Origin: an uncultured Methanosarcinaceae archaeon
GTDB lineage: Archaea; Halobacteriota; Methanosarcinia; Methanosarcinales; Methanosarcinaceae
Direction of reading: 5' to 3'
NCBI GenBank assembly: GCA_963847185.1
Contig: CAWJYV010000004.1
Location: 192,001 to 256,000 of the forward strand
Length of the DNA stretch: 64,000 nucleotides
Each line of letters opens with the position of its first letter. The first letter of the stretch is position 1. A model generated the notes under the pieces. It had not been told where the DNA came from, made no database searches, and saw nothing but the letters and a program-made list of their open reading frames with translations. Positions 1 through 9,240 of this stretch are shown in pieces. Position numbers and translations under genes: made by a program.

Positions 1-150
1 TAATAACAAAAGTTTCATCATGGCCGACAACATATTTTTTACATAACAAAATACGTTTACAAATTATTCCTGTGATTAAAGTAACCTTATGCAAAAAATG
101 TGACATCCATGAAGAATAAGAATACCTGCTTTCTTAGGAGATGTACGGCA

Positions 151-639
151 GTGTCTGATGAAATTAAAAAGCAAATTGAAGACTTGATTTCTGAATCCAA
201 TAATCTGATGGAGTCTTTAAGTAAGTTTTTTTATTCGGTACCCATTCAATACGCTCCATTCCTTGACATTGGGCCCTTTACGATATCTGATCTGCCTAAA
301 ATGTGGGATTACGATCTTGACCCCAATATCAATATCTATGAGGGAGAGCCAGTACCGCTCAATTACAAATGGTTTAAACTGACTAAAGACCAGTTTCTTG
401 AACAGGATGAATTGTTTAGAAGATACATAACATGGGCTTCAAGTGCCAGAAACCTGATTGAAATATTTTCGCCAGAAAAATTAGCTTTTTTTAATGAAAA
501 GTCCGAAATTGTCAGAAAATGGATTGAAATGAGCGAACGATTACCGTCGGATGACAATGTAGAAATGTTTTTGAGATTTAGAAGACACTTCGCAAGCCAG
601 CAACATATTGTTTCCGCTTTATTGGAGAAAATTGAGTAA
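151..639 (+). CDS. Hypothetical protein (cassette cargo)
   Basis: ORF 100..639 in the track. GTG at 151 follows AGGAGA, so it is the likelier start. No family recognised. Confidence 0.6.
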   Translation: MSDEIKKQIEDLISESNNLMESLSKFFYSVPIQYAPFLDIGPFTISDLPKMWDYDLDPNINIYEGEPVPLNYKWFKLTKDQFLEQDELFRRYITWASSARNLIEIFSPEKLAFFNEKSEIVRKWIEMSERLPSDDNVEMFLRFRRHFASQQHIVSALLEKIE

Positions 640-704
640 CAAATATTTTTTAGCCAAAATATAAATGAATTTTTAGTGTCATTTAATATGGAAGAAAATC
701 TTTC

Positions 705-830
705 TCCTCCGTTCAATTCAATTGAAATATATTTTTCCTGCCATCGGCCTGTCCCAATCTAAAGAGAACTAAAGAATCCGTCTGTTTTGCAGATTTATAT
801 GATCATTTGCAGGGGCGATAAATTTTGCTT
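705..830 (+). repeat. Array repeat copy R1
   Basis: TTCAATTGAAATATATTTTTCCTGCCATCGGCCTG..AATCTAAAGAGAACTAAAGAATCCGT..TTTTGCAGATTTA..TTTGCAGG, matching the other copies. Confidence 0.85.
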
Positions 831-933
831 TACCGGATAATTAGCCTGAATCAGAATTTCAGGCACTTTTATTGCTCCATAAACCTTCGCTATAAAGTTT
901 TTTCTCATTTGGAAGGTGCACTGCCATAATTAT

Positions 934-948
934 AGAAAGATTTATATA
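934..948 (+). promoter_or_regulatory. BRE/TATA promoter of CxxC gene copy 1
   Basis: AGAAAGA-TTTATATA about 150 bp upstream of the ATG, identical in all three copies. Confidence 0.65.
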
Positions 949-1094
949 TTTTAATTGCTATGTATGTGTGTTGACAAATAAAGATCCGTATAATCATCTG
1001 TTATTAAAAACCCAGTTTTGTTTTTAATCAAAGAGTTCTATACAATCTTATTTTTAAACTGTAACTAAAAAATCAAAACCAAGGTGAAACAAAT

Positions 1095-1283
1095 ATGGCT
1101 TTTAATGACAGAAACTTCAGAGGAAATTCTAATTTCGGCGCTCCCAGAGAAATGCACAAGACAATATGTTCAGACTGTAAGACTGAGACAGAAGTGCCTT
1201 TCAAGCCCGATCCAGAAAGACCGGTTTACTGCAGAGAGTGTCTTCCTAACCACAGGACGCCCAGAGAAAACCGCAGATACTAA
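1095..1283 (+). CDS. CxxC-x17-CxxC small zinc-finger protein, copy 1
   Basis: CSDC-x17-CREC with the PFKP..RPVYC signature; AAGGTGA RBS. Confidence 0.9.
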   Translation: MAFNDRNFRGNSNFGAPREMHKTICSDCKTETEVPFKPDPERPVYCRECLPNHRTPRENRRY

Positions 1284-1415
1284 GTGTTAAGTGTTATTTC
1301 TGTAATTGAGTTTACATAAACATTTATTTCTTTTCCACTTTTTAACTATACAATAAATACGGAATTATTTTTTAACTTGTGATCTTTTACAGCTTGTGAA
1401 GATGGCTTTCCAAGG

Positions 1416-1521
1416 CTAGTGTCTCAAAAATTTAGTTCTGAGTCCTCATAATTAAGAAAGGGACTACTAATAAGGTATTGTTAAGTATTAATGCCCAGTA
1501 ATTAAATTGTCATGACACTAG
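1416..1521. mobile_element. MITE-like element
   Basis: Imperfect terminal inverted repeats CTAGTGTCtcaaaAATTTAgTTCTG / CAGtAAtTAAATTgtcatGACACTAG; absent at the equivalent position behind copies 2 and 3. Confidence 0.6.
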
Positions 1522-1554
1522 TCAGTTTTACCCTTTATTGATAAGTCGTATTAA

Positions 1555-1860
1555 GGGACTGTTTTAGAATAAAAGTGAAAACCTGTTAATTGAATCTTGT
1601 TTTCATTGGAGCTGTCCAAAACTGGACTGCTAAACAAAAAAGTGAAGCTCTTTGACCTATTCTTATTCAATTCAATTCAATTCAATTCAATTCAATTCAA
1701 TTCAATTATATTTTTTCTGCCATCGGCCTGCTCAAATCTAAAGAGAACTAAAAAATCCGTGATCTTTGGAGATTTAGAAGGAACACTCTGCAGGTTTTTT
1801 TGAATAAGCGATTCTTTTCCTCTGAGAGGAATTTTTCTGATCCAAGCGACGTTTTTAGGT
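1555..1860 (+). repeat. Array repeat copy R2 (long form, with (TTCAA)8 at 1666-1705)
   Basis: 1555-1660 aligns with 13875-13980; the core and tail align with 6735-6906. Confidence 0.85.
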
Positions 1861-1877
1861 TAATTCTGGATTAATAA

Positions 1878-1990
1878 TAGCTATCAGAAACCTCCGTTTT
1901 CAGCATGATTCACAATCCTCGAACTTTTCTCAAGGAGTGTGAGGATTGGGGGAATTTTAAACTGCCGAAAATGAGGATTTCTTAACTGCC
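1878..1990. mobile_element. Palindromic MITE-like element
   Basis: Outer IR AGAAACCTCCGTTTTCAGCA / TGCCGAAAATGAGGATTTCT; inner stem CAATCCTC / GAGGATTG. Confidence 0.45.
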
Positions 1991-2002
1991 GTTGACAATT
2001 GC

Positions 2003-2099
2003 AAAGAGCAAAATATGAAGGATTTCATAAAATGAACACGCATCAGTAATAAGTGCAATCGTGGTAAATGTAAAAAGATTAGTTACAGTGAGTAGCTGA
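2003..2099 (+). pseudogene. C-terminal remnant of an IS5/IS1182-like transposase
   Basis: With one frameshift it reads RAKYEGFHKMNT-SVISAIVVNVKRLV, resembling the R-a-r-Y-r-G...A-i-v-x-N-x-K-R tail of these transposases. Confidence 0.45.
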
Positions 2100-2311
2100 G
2101 AATATCGATAAACTCCTAAACTAGGTATCAATAATGAAAAGTTGAAAGAAAAGGATGAAAGGAATGGTCATTTTAGTGAAAAATCCTCTCAAAATTGAAG
2201 TATATTAATGAAGTTCAAATTTTGGCGCTGAAAATTTACGATGGCTAACCATTAGCTACTTTTACGACTCTATCTTATCTGATTAATCCCTTATCCCATA
2301 AGGCTAAAATG

Positions 2312-2356
2312 CCCCTTCCTCAAAACTCTAAGCTTTGTGAAGAGTTTAGGGAGGGG
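2312..2356 (-). terminator. Stem-loop downstream of adh
   Basis: CCCCTTCCTCAAAACTCT / AGAGTTTAGGGAGGGG inverted repeat 14 bp past the stop. Confidence 0.45.
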
Positions 2357-2369
2357 AAGTTGACTCGCT

Positions 2370-3431
2370 TTATTCATCCAGAAGAACAACAGGTTTGATC
2401 AGATCTCTTGGTTTTTCTTTCATGAGCATGAGAGCCTTTTCCATGTTGTCGAATCCTTCGAATACGTGGGTGGCCATTTTTTCGGGCTTTATTCTTCCGT
2501 AAGTACATAGGGCTGCCATTCTTTCCATTCTCAGACGACCTCCGGTTGTCAGACCACCACGTATGTCTTTTTGAGACATACCCACCCCCCATTCAATACG
2601 TGGAATAGGAAGTATGTCTCCGGTTCCGTAGTAATTGACGTTTGATACCGTGCCTCCGGGCTTTACAATTTTGATTGCATCTGAAATTGTGTTTTCATTC
2701 CCTCCTGCTATGATTACAGAATCCACACCTTTTCCATTCGTCTTTTCAAGAATCTGTTCAACAAGTCCACCTTTTCGGTAATCAACAATTTCAGACGCTC
2801 CGTATTCCATAGCAAGATCAACACTGACTTCCCGACTTCCTACTGCAATGAGCCTACCTGCGCCAAGAATAGATGCACCTGCCACTGCCATCAGACCAAC
2901 AGGACCAATTCCTATGACTGCAACTGTAGAGCCAGTTTTAATATTTGCCATTTCTGCACCCTGTATTCCAGTAGTTGCCATATCTGATAGCATGACAGCC
3001 TGTTCGAGGGGCATTCCTTTTGGAAGTAGAGCTAAATTCATGTCTGCATCATTTACATGGAAATATTCTGCAAAGACTCCACTTTTGAAGTTTGAAAACT
3101 TCCATCCACCAAGCATTCCATTTGAGTGCATAGGTACTCCATCCTGTGCCTCTATGGATCGCCAGTCAGGGGTAATTGCAGGGACAATTACTTTATCGCC
3201 TGGTTTGAAGTTTTTGACCTCTGATCCGATTTCTTCTATAACACCTACAGCTTCGTGTCCTAAAATCAAGTTTTTGCGATCTCCAAGCGCACCTTCCCAG
3301 ACAGTATGAATATCTGATGTACACGGCGCGACCGCAAGAGGCCTCACGATTGCATCATATGGTCCTGCTGAAGGTCTTTCAGCATCAATCCAGCCTACTT
3401 TCCCAATTTCAAGCATTGCAAATCCTTTCAT
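2370..3431 (-). CDS. adh: Zn-dependent NADP(H) secondary (isopropanol) alcohol dehydrogenase
   Basis: MKGFAML.IGKVGW, PCTSDIH, GHEAVG, GIGPVG, GSR NADP signature; closely resembles the T. brockii and C. beijerinckii ADH sequences as I recall them. Confidence 0.92.
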   Translation of the reverse strand: MKGFAMLEIGKVGWIDAERPSAGPYDAIVRPLAVAPCTSDIHTVWEGALGDRKNLILGHEAVGVIEEIGSEVKNFKPGDKVIVPAITPDWRSIEAQDGVPMHSNGMLGGWKFSNFKSGVFAEYFHVNDADMNLALLPKGMPLEQAVMLSDMATTGIQGAEMANIKTGSTVAVIGIGPVGLMAVAGASILGAGRLIAVGSREVSVDLAMEYGASEIVDYRKGGLVEQILEKTNGKGVDSVIIAGGNENTISDAIKIVKPGGTVSNVNYYGTGDILPIPRIEWGVGMSQKDIRGGLTTGGRLRMERMAALCTYGRIKPEKMATHVFEGFDNMEKALMLMKEKPRDLIKPVVLLDE

Positions 3432-3488
3432 ATTATTCCACCAACCTTTTCAAAATAATTATTTTTCAATGTTTTTTATAGTAACCCG

Positions 3489-3528
3489 CATATTAATCTG
3501 CTGTAGTGGTATTTATAATTACTAAGGA
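3489..3528 (-). promoter_or_regulatory. Promoter block shared with the MNT gene (14846-14885)
   Basis: 35 of 40 nt identical; contains TTATAAATA on the minus strand. Confidence 0.6.
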
Positions 3529-3544
3529 TGGAAACTTGAATTTT

Positions 3545-3657
3545 ATTTCAATTCAATTAATTAAAATATATTTTCCCTGCTATCTGCTTGCCCTAATATA
3601 AAGAGAACTCAAAAAACCCGTGATTATTTGTAGCGTTAGAAAGAGCACTTTGCAGAA
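3545..3657 (+). repeat. Array repeat copy R3
   Basis: TTCAATTCAATTAATTAAAATATATTTTCCCTGC..AAAGAGAACTCAAAAAACCCGTGAT..GCACTTTGCAG. Confidence 0.8.
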
Positions 3658-3804
3658 TTGATAAGTTTAACTTGTCTCTTTCATTGGATAGCACCAAGAA
3701 TCCAAAATTTAATCAATCAATTCGTAGAATCTATATAAGATCTCGATAAGATCTCGATTCAGTATAAAAATAAATATTCAAAGGTTCGGACAGGAGTATT
3801 AATT

Positions 3805-4010
3805 ATGCTTATACAATTATCCGGGAATCTCTTGAGATAGCAAAATATGAAATAATAGATGACAAAGAACCTTATTATATGGAGAAGTTCCCGAACTTGA
3901 AGGTGCATGGATTACAGGCAAGAACCTTGAAAGGTGCCAGAAAATATAGAATAAGTTATTGATGAATGGATTGCTATCAGATTGAGAAATGAGCTCTGTC
4001 TGCCTAGATT
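3805..4010 (+). pseudogene. Degraded HicB-family antitoxin
   Basis: Joining frames gives MLIQ-IRESLEIAKYEIIDDKEPYY-GEVPELEGAWITGKNLERCQ..VIDEWIAIRLR; CAGGAG RBS upstream; not in the ORF track. Confidence 0.65.
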
Positions 4011-4120
4011 TTGCAATTTTCTAACTATATAAATACCCTGAAGACCTCATGCCGATCTAAGGAAGTTAATGAACGGAATTTTGTAGGCCAGGTCGTGAGC
4101 TCCTTTCAACAGATTTTGAA

Positions 4121-4830
4121 TCATAACTTTGTAGCTATGATTGAAACCAGATTAAAGTAGTTTCCACCTTCAGCTTCCATCATTCCTATATCTCTACGAG
4201 CAAAGTCGTTGTCACACATAAGCCAATCTTTCCATGATTCCTCTAAACAATTTAACTCTTTACACTCCTGAATAGTTACCAGATCGGAAGTTTTCCATAA
4301 ATTATACCACCAGTCAGCAAGAGTAATAGATTTATATCATCACCCCAGTAAGGCTGTAATTCTGCCGGAACTCCATTCGTAAAATTCTTTTTCAATCCAG
4401 GAACTGCAACTGCAATTTGTCCTCCTTTTTTTACAAGCGGTGCAAGATGATTTGTCAGATAATCTTTTTCAGCCCCGAAAAAATTATAGGCATCTATACA
4501 GATAGCAGCATCAAAAAATTCATTTGCAAAAGGCAAATCGTGGGCTTCTGCGTGTATTGGTATTATTTTATCTTCCAGTCCCATTGACTTAATTCTCTCA
4601 TAGTTATCTGTTGCACTTATCCAGAGATCAGTTGCAAAAACTGTAACATCATATTCTTTTGCCAGGAATATTGAGGTCAGCCCTCTCCCACAGCCAAGAT
4701 CGAGTATTCTCATGCCTTTCTCAAGCTTCAAAGATTCGGAAACTTCCTCAAGAATCTTCATTGCATTTGGTCCCATCATGTTTTCTTTAACAAAATCAAA
4801 ATCATACCTGTTACTTTTTGTAAACATCAT
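4121..4830 (-). pseudogene. Class I SAM-dependent methyltransferase, frameshifted near 4320
   Basis: ILDLGCGRG motif I; reading continues in another frame as DWWYNLWKTSDLV...SIIATKL* to the stop at 4121. Confidence 0.8.
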
Positions 4831-5065
4831 CTTGACCACTTTTAGTTAATCTATCCCATATTATTTCATGGAGTTTGTTACTTATAATTCTTCTATGACT
4901 TCGAGGCAACCTTTGTCACATATCGTTCTTTTATTTGAACTAATGTATTCAGTCAGTATAGCCTTTAACTTAACAACTTCACTTTCATATGCTTGAGCAG
5001 TAGTCTTAATATCGTTCAGAAAGATAACCGTTTTACTCTACAATAAACTGAAAAGTAGTGAAAAG

Positions 5066-5899
5066 ATGAATGAAAAATTACTTGCAAAAATTGGATTGAA
5101 CAAGTATGAGAGTTCAGTTTACCTGACACTTCTAAAACAAGATTCTATGGAAGCAAGCAAATTATCACATGCATCGAAAGTCCCTATAGGAAAGATCTAC
5201 GAGGTTCTCAAAGCCCTCAAAAACTATGAGCTTGTCGAAATCCAACCGTCACGGCCACAGAGATACCGGGCGTTTGATCCTAAAAGCGCATTTAAACTGA
5301 TGTACAAAAGAAAAGAGGAAGAAACACTCAATGAGCTCAGAATGCTCAAGGAAACATTTGATGAAATCGAAAGGAAACTTTGCAACGACAATTCCCCACA
5401 AAATGTTGAAACTGTCTTCTGGCCTGACAGGTTTCGTAATAATGAACTAAACGAAATGGTGGATTCATCTTTTGAGAAAATCGAGCATGAAATATGTGTT
5501 GTAATCCATATTAAGTACAAGCCCGAAAGATCGGAGCTATATGATGCCTCAGTATCCACCTTTAGCAAAGCTTATTTGAGTTTAGTACAGCGTGGCATAA
5601 AAGTTAAAATTTTAGATCCGGGATCACAATTACTGCCATCATTAAAAGAGCTTATTGATTCAATAGAAGATCTGTCATTTAAACGCTATTTTAAGGATCT
5701 GATGGAAGTAAGAATTTTAGAAACCGAACACAATTTTTCAATCATTGATTCTAAGATAACCCTTCTCGATATTGAAGACCAGTTCAATATGAGTAGAAAC
5801 CTCGGTATGACAAGAATATATGATGAATTATATGCAAAGCGATTCAAGACAAAGTTTGATGAGCTCTGGACAAAGGGTGAATTGTTTTCTCTGACCTGA
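5066..5899 (+). CDS. TrmB-family transcriptional regulator
   Basis: GLNKYESSVYLTLL..ASKVPIGKIYEVLKAL..PQRYRA N-terminal wHTH; PLD-like C-terminal effector domain. Confidence 0.88.
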   Translation: MNEKLLAKIGLNKYESSVYLTLLKQDSMEASKLSHASKVPIGKIYEVLKALKNYELVEIQPSRPQRYRAFDPKSAFKLMYKRKEEETLNELRMLKETFDEIERKLCNDNSPQNVETVFWPDRFRNNELNEMVDSSFEKIEHEICVVIHIKYKPERSELYDASVSTFSKAYLSLVQRGIKVKILDPGSQLLPSLKELIDSIEDLSFKRYFKDLMEVRILETEHNFSIIDSKITLLDIEDQFNMSRNLGMTRIYDELYAKRFKTKFDELWTKGELFSLT

Positions 5900-5994
5900 C
5901 TTGCAAAGATATCCGTAAATTTCAATTTTTCTATTAGTTTTTGCCTTCAGCCAAAAACCATATGAAAATACAAACTGTTGAAATTATTGAGTTA

Positions 5995-6080
5995 TGTTTG
6001 TTAAGAAAAGCGAAATTGAAAACCCGTGATTTTTGCAGCTTTGGAGAAAGCGCTTTTCAGGGTCGATAAATTTTGCTTTA
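5995..6080 (+). repeat. Array repeat copy R4 (5'-truncated)
   Basis: GTTTGTTAAGAAAAGCGAAATTGAAAACCCGTGATTTTTGCAG, matching 10998-11035 and 14985-15020. Confidence 0.75.
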
Positions 6081-6342
6081 TCAGTTAATCAACCGGAGTT
6101 AGAATTTCAGGCACTTTTATCGCTCCATAAACCTTCGCTATAAAGTTTTTTCTCATTTGGAAGGTGCACTGCCATAATTATAGAAAGATTTATATATTTT
6201 AATTGCTATGTATGTGTGTTGACAAATAAAGATCAGTATAATCATCTGTTATTAAAAACCAAGTTTTGTTTTTAATCAAAGAGTTCTATACAATCTTATT
6301 TTTAAACCGTAACTAAAAAATCAAAACCAAGGTGAAACAAAT

Positions 6343-6531
6343 ATGGCTTTTAATGACAGAAACTTCAGAGGAAACTCTAACTTCGGCGCTCCCAGAGAAA
6401 TGCACAAGACAATATGTTCAGACTGTAAAACTGAGACAGAAGTGCCTTTCAAACCTGACCCAGAAAGACCGGTCTACTGCAGAGAGTGCCTTCCTAACCA
6501 CAGGACACCCAGAGAAGACCGCAGATATTAA
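6343..6531 (+). CDS. CxxC-x17-CxxC small zinc-finger protein, copy 2
   Basis: One amino-acid difference (N to D) from copy 1; TATA at 6189-6196. Confidence 0.9.
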   Translation: MAFNDRNFRGNSNFGAPREMHKTICSDCKTETEVPFKPDPERPVYCRECLPNHRTPREDRRY

Positions 6532-6629
6532 GTGTTATTTCTGTAATTGAGTTTACATAAACACTTATTTCTTTTCCACTTTTTTTAAATATATCTTAGG
6601 CTCGGAATATACTTTTTTCTTAATCGAGA

Positions 6630-6906
6630 GCTTTTGCAGAATTAGAAGGCACACTTTGCATGAGTCTTTTTTGATTGCAGTGATCTTTTCTTTGGGAGGG
6701 CTATTTTCAGATTAAAGTTAACTCTTCTTCCAAGTTCAATTCAACTAAAATATATTTTTCCTGACATCGGCCTTCTCCAATCTAAAGAGAACTAAAAACC
6801 CGTGATTTTCGCAGCTTTATAAGGGGCACTTTGCAGGGCTTCTTTAGATTAAGCGATTCTTTTCCTCTGAGGGGGATTTTTTGATTCAAAGCGACGTTTT
6901 TCAGGT
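6630..6906 (+). repeat. Array repeat copy R5 (degenerate tail followed by a full unit)
   Basis: Core at about 6735-6840; closely similar to 12810-13075. Confidence 0.85.
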
Positions 6907-7037
6907 AGTTATGGGTAAGGAAAAATCTTCATGAATTGGACCGCTGAATAAGAGGTGAAAATTCCTCCTTATCCCTTCCAGGCAACTCAAAGTCATCTTC
7001 CCAACAGATATCTTCAGCAGGAATCAAGCTATTTCAA

Positions 7038-7828
7038 TCATCTGGTTTCAAGAACCCATTTCCAGAGAGGAACATAACTGATATCATTTTCCTTTTTTTC
7101 GAAATTCTTCGTAAGCAAGATTAACCTGGAAGCTTTCTCCCCAAAATATTCCTTGAATTCCAGAAGAGCATTGATTTCTCCCTGTCTTATGTGATCTGTA
7201 CAAGTGCAGTTTATACCTGTGAGTGCTCCATCTATGCCTTTGATGACAAAATCTACTTCTCTTTTTTCTTTCCAGTAAAAGAATTCTACTTTTCTCCTCT
7301 TCAACTCTACAAAAGCCAGGTTCTCTGCAAGCCTTCCTTCATCAGCAGAAAAGGTGAATGCCGCTGAATTTCGAAGCCCATTATCAATGCAGTAGACCTT
7401 TTTGGGCATTCTGATTGAGATTGAATCTTTGACTGAGTATGAAAAGAAGTTCAACTGGTATATCAGGTAGGCCTGTTCTAGATAAAGCAGGTATTCTTTC
7501 AAGCTGTTGACTGAGAGCCCGATGGCATTCGAGATTTTTGAATAACTCAGGAGAGTGGAGACATTTGATAGGGAATAATTCGCAAGTTCGATCAGTTTTG
7601 CGCTTTCCCGGATATTGCAACCCACCACTATATCCCGAAGGAGGATGCTGTTGAAGTACTCGGTTAGCCGGAGGTGATTGATATCCATATCATCTTCAAG
7701 GACAACTTCGGGAAAACCTCCTTTGAAGAGATACTTGTTAAAATAGTGCAGAATTTCGTTTCTCTGAATATCAGGATCTTTTAATTCAAAACCCTCAAAT
7801 TTGTGTGTGGAGTATTTATATCTTTCAT
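7038..7828 (-). pseudogene. AAA+ ATPase (AAA_14/DUF4143 type) with the N-terminal ATPase part deleted
   Basis: YLFKGGFPEVV, PKKVYCIDNGL, ENL.FVEL, EVDFVI and VPLWKW motifs are present, but there is no Walker A. ATG at 7828 joins out of frame to the mid-gene sequence. Confidence 0.75.
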
Positions 7829-7881
7829 TATAATGATGATTTTAGCTATAAATACCGTCATTACAATGACGGTTATATAAA
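7825..7881 (-). promoter_or_regulatory. TATA box with two palindromic operator-like sites
   Basis: TCATTATAATGA (7825-7836), ACCGTCATTACAATGACGGT (7854-7873), TTTATATAA on the minus strand (7873-7881). Confidence 0.55.
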
Positions 7882-7944
7882 TGAAATTAGATTTGAATCT
7901 TGTAATATCGGGATGTTGAACAAGAAAGGAGATTTCTTATTTTG

Positions 7945-8002
7945 TCCTCCAATTCAGTTAAAATATATTTTTCCTGCCGACGGTCTGCTTACATCTTTTC
8001 CG
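7945..8002 (+). repeat. Array repeat copy R6, cut by IS1
   Basis: AAAATATATTTTTCCTGCCGACGGTCTGCTTACATCTTTTCCG matches 10942-10980 up to the IS end. Confidence 0.85.
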
Positions 8003-8745
8003 GGTATTGTTAACTAAATATAGTTAACTCTTTATTTCTGTATTTCATTAAGAGAAGAACTGAGTACTTTAGCATTTCAAGACTCTTAGTATAACACTTT
8101 GTCTTTCGCCTCAATCTTGCCAGAAAGTGCCTCAATATGCTGTTATATCCTTCAACAGTATACGTTTCTGCTTTGGATTGAGTATGAATAGTTTCTGGAA
8201 CAAACTCTGCATATGCCTTCCAGTGATCAGTCATCACTTTTTCAATCTCTTTTTTCCTTTAATTTTTCCCAGAGTTTTTGTCCAGTTTCTGTTCCTCTAC
8301 TACCAAAAGAGCAGTTGATGAACTTTTTCCCAACTCTATCAACAGCAATCCAGATCCAGCAATATTTTTTTTGTTACCGATGTAAGTGTGCATCTCATCC
8401 ATTTCAACAATAGATATCTCATTTTCGCTTTTTAGGTCCTCTAACTCCTGACCAAATTTCTTTATCCATTTTTGGACAGAAACATGACTTACTCCCAAAA
8501 ATCGCCCTATTGAGCGAAACCCTAATCCTTCAAGATAGAGTTGCAAAGCCTGTCTCTTAACAGAAGCGGAGATAGCAGTTGATTTTAGCTCTACTGAATA
8601 GTTATATCCACAATCACCGCATTTGTAGCGTTGACGGCCATCAACTTTACCATTCTTTTTATGATTGGAGACTCTTACATCTTGGACAGTTCATGCAAGA
8701 AATATAATTTCTCATAATATATATCAGTATTTAGATACCAATGCC
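8003..8745 (-). mobile_element. IS1-family insertion sequence, full length but with extra frameshifts
   Basis: IRs GGTATTGTTAACTAAATA / GGCATTGGTATCTAAATA; InsA zinc ribbon and HTH; A8 -1 slippage site near 8365-8372; InsB (TDHWKAY, VEGYNS.LRH.LARLRRKT); extra 1-nt insertions near 8667 and 8250. Confidence 0.9.
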
Positions 8746-9240
8746 TTTTTTTCCTTTAATTTTTCCCAGAGTTTTTGTCCAGTTTCTGTTCCTCTGCTAC
8801 CAAAAGAGCAGTTGATGAACTTTTTCCCAAATCTATCAACAGCAATCCAGATCCAGCAATATTTTTTTTGTTACCGATGTAAGTGTGCATCTCATCCATT
8901 TCAACAATAGAGATCTCATTTTCGCTTTTTAGTTCCTCTAGCTCCTGACCAAATTTCTTTATCCATTTTTGGACGGAAACATGACTTACTCCCAAAAAAC
9001 GCCCTATTGACCGAAATCCTAATCCTTCAAGATAGAGTTGTAAAGCCTGTCTCTTAACAGATGCGGAACTAGCAGTTGATTTTAGCTCTACTGAATAATT
9101 ATATCCACAATCAGAGCATTTGTAGCGTTGACGGCCATTAACTTTACCATTCTTATTATGATCGAGACTCTTACATCTTGGACAGTTCATCAAGAGATAT
9201 AAGTTCTCATAATATATGTCAGTATTTAGATACCAATGCC
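8746..9240 (-). mobile_element. Second, truncated IS1 copy (intact insA 8756-9190, most of insB missing)
   Basis: Highly similar to 8250-8745; ends in the same IR, TATTTAGATACCAATGCC. Confidence 0.9.

Noticed and set aside
971-994. Perfect bacterial TTGACA and TATAAT hexamers in the CxxC leader (all three copies)
   Set aside because: The spacer is 12 bp rather than about 17, the host is archaeal, and a proper BRE/TATA lies just upstream.
1084-1290. Overlapping 68-72 aa ORF MKQIWLL... (also 6332 and 12508)
   Set aside because: It is an alternative frame of the CxxC gene. Substitutions between copies are synonymous in the CxxC frame and largely non-synonymous in this one.
1474-1495. GGTATTGTTAAGTATTAATGCC resembling two fused IS1 ends
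   Set aside because: Only 11 and about 6 bp match the IS1 termini in AT-rich DNA, too short to support a claim.
9178-9240. Track start of the 196-aa ORF
   Set aside because: These codons lie within the IS1 end, so the N-terminus is chimeric and not the native start.
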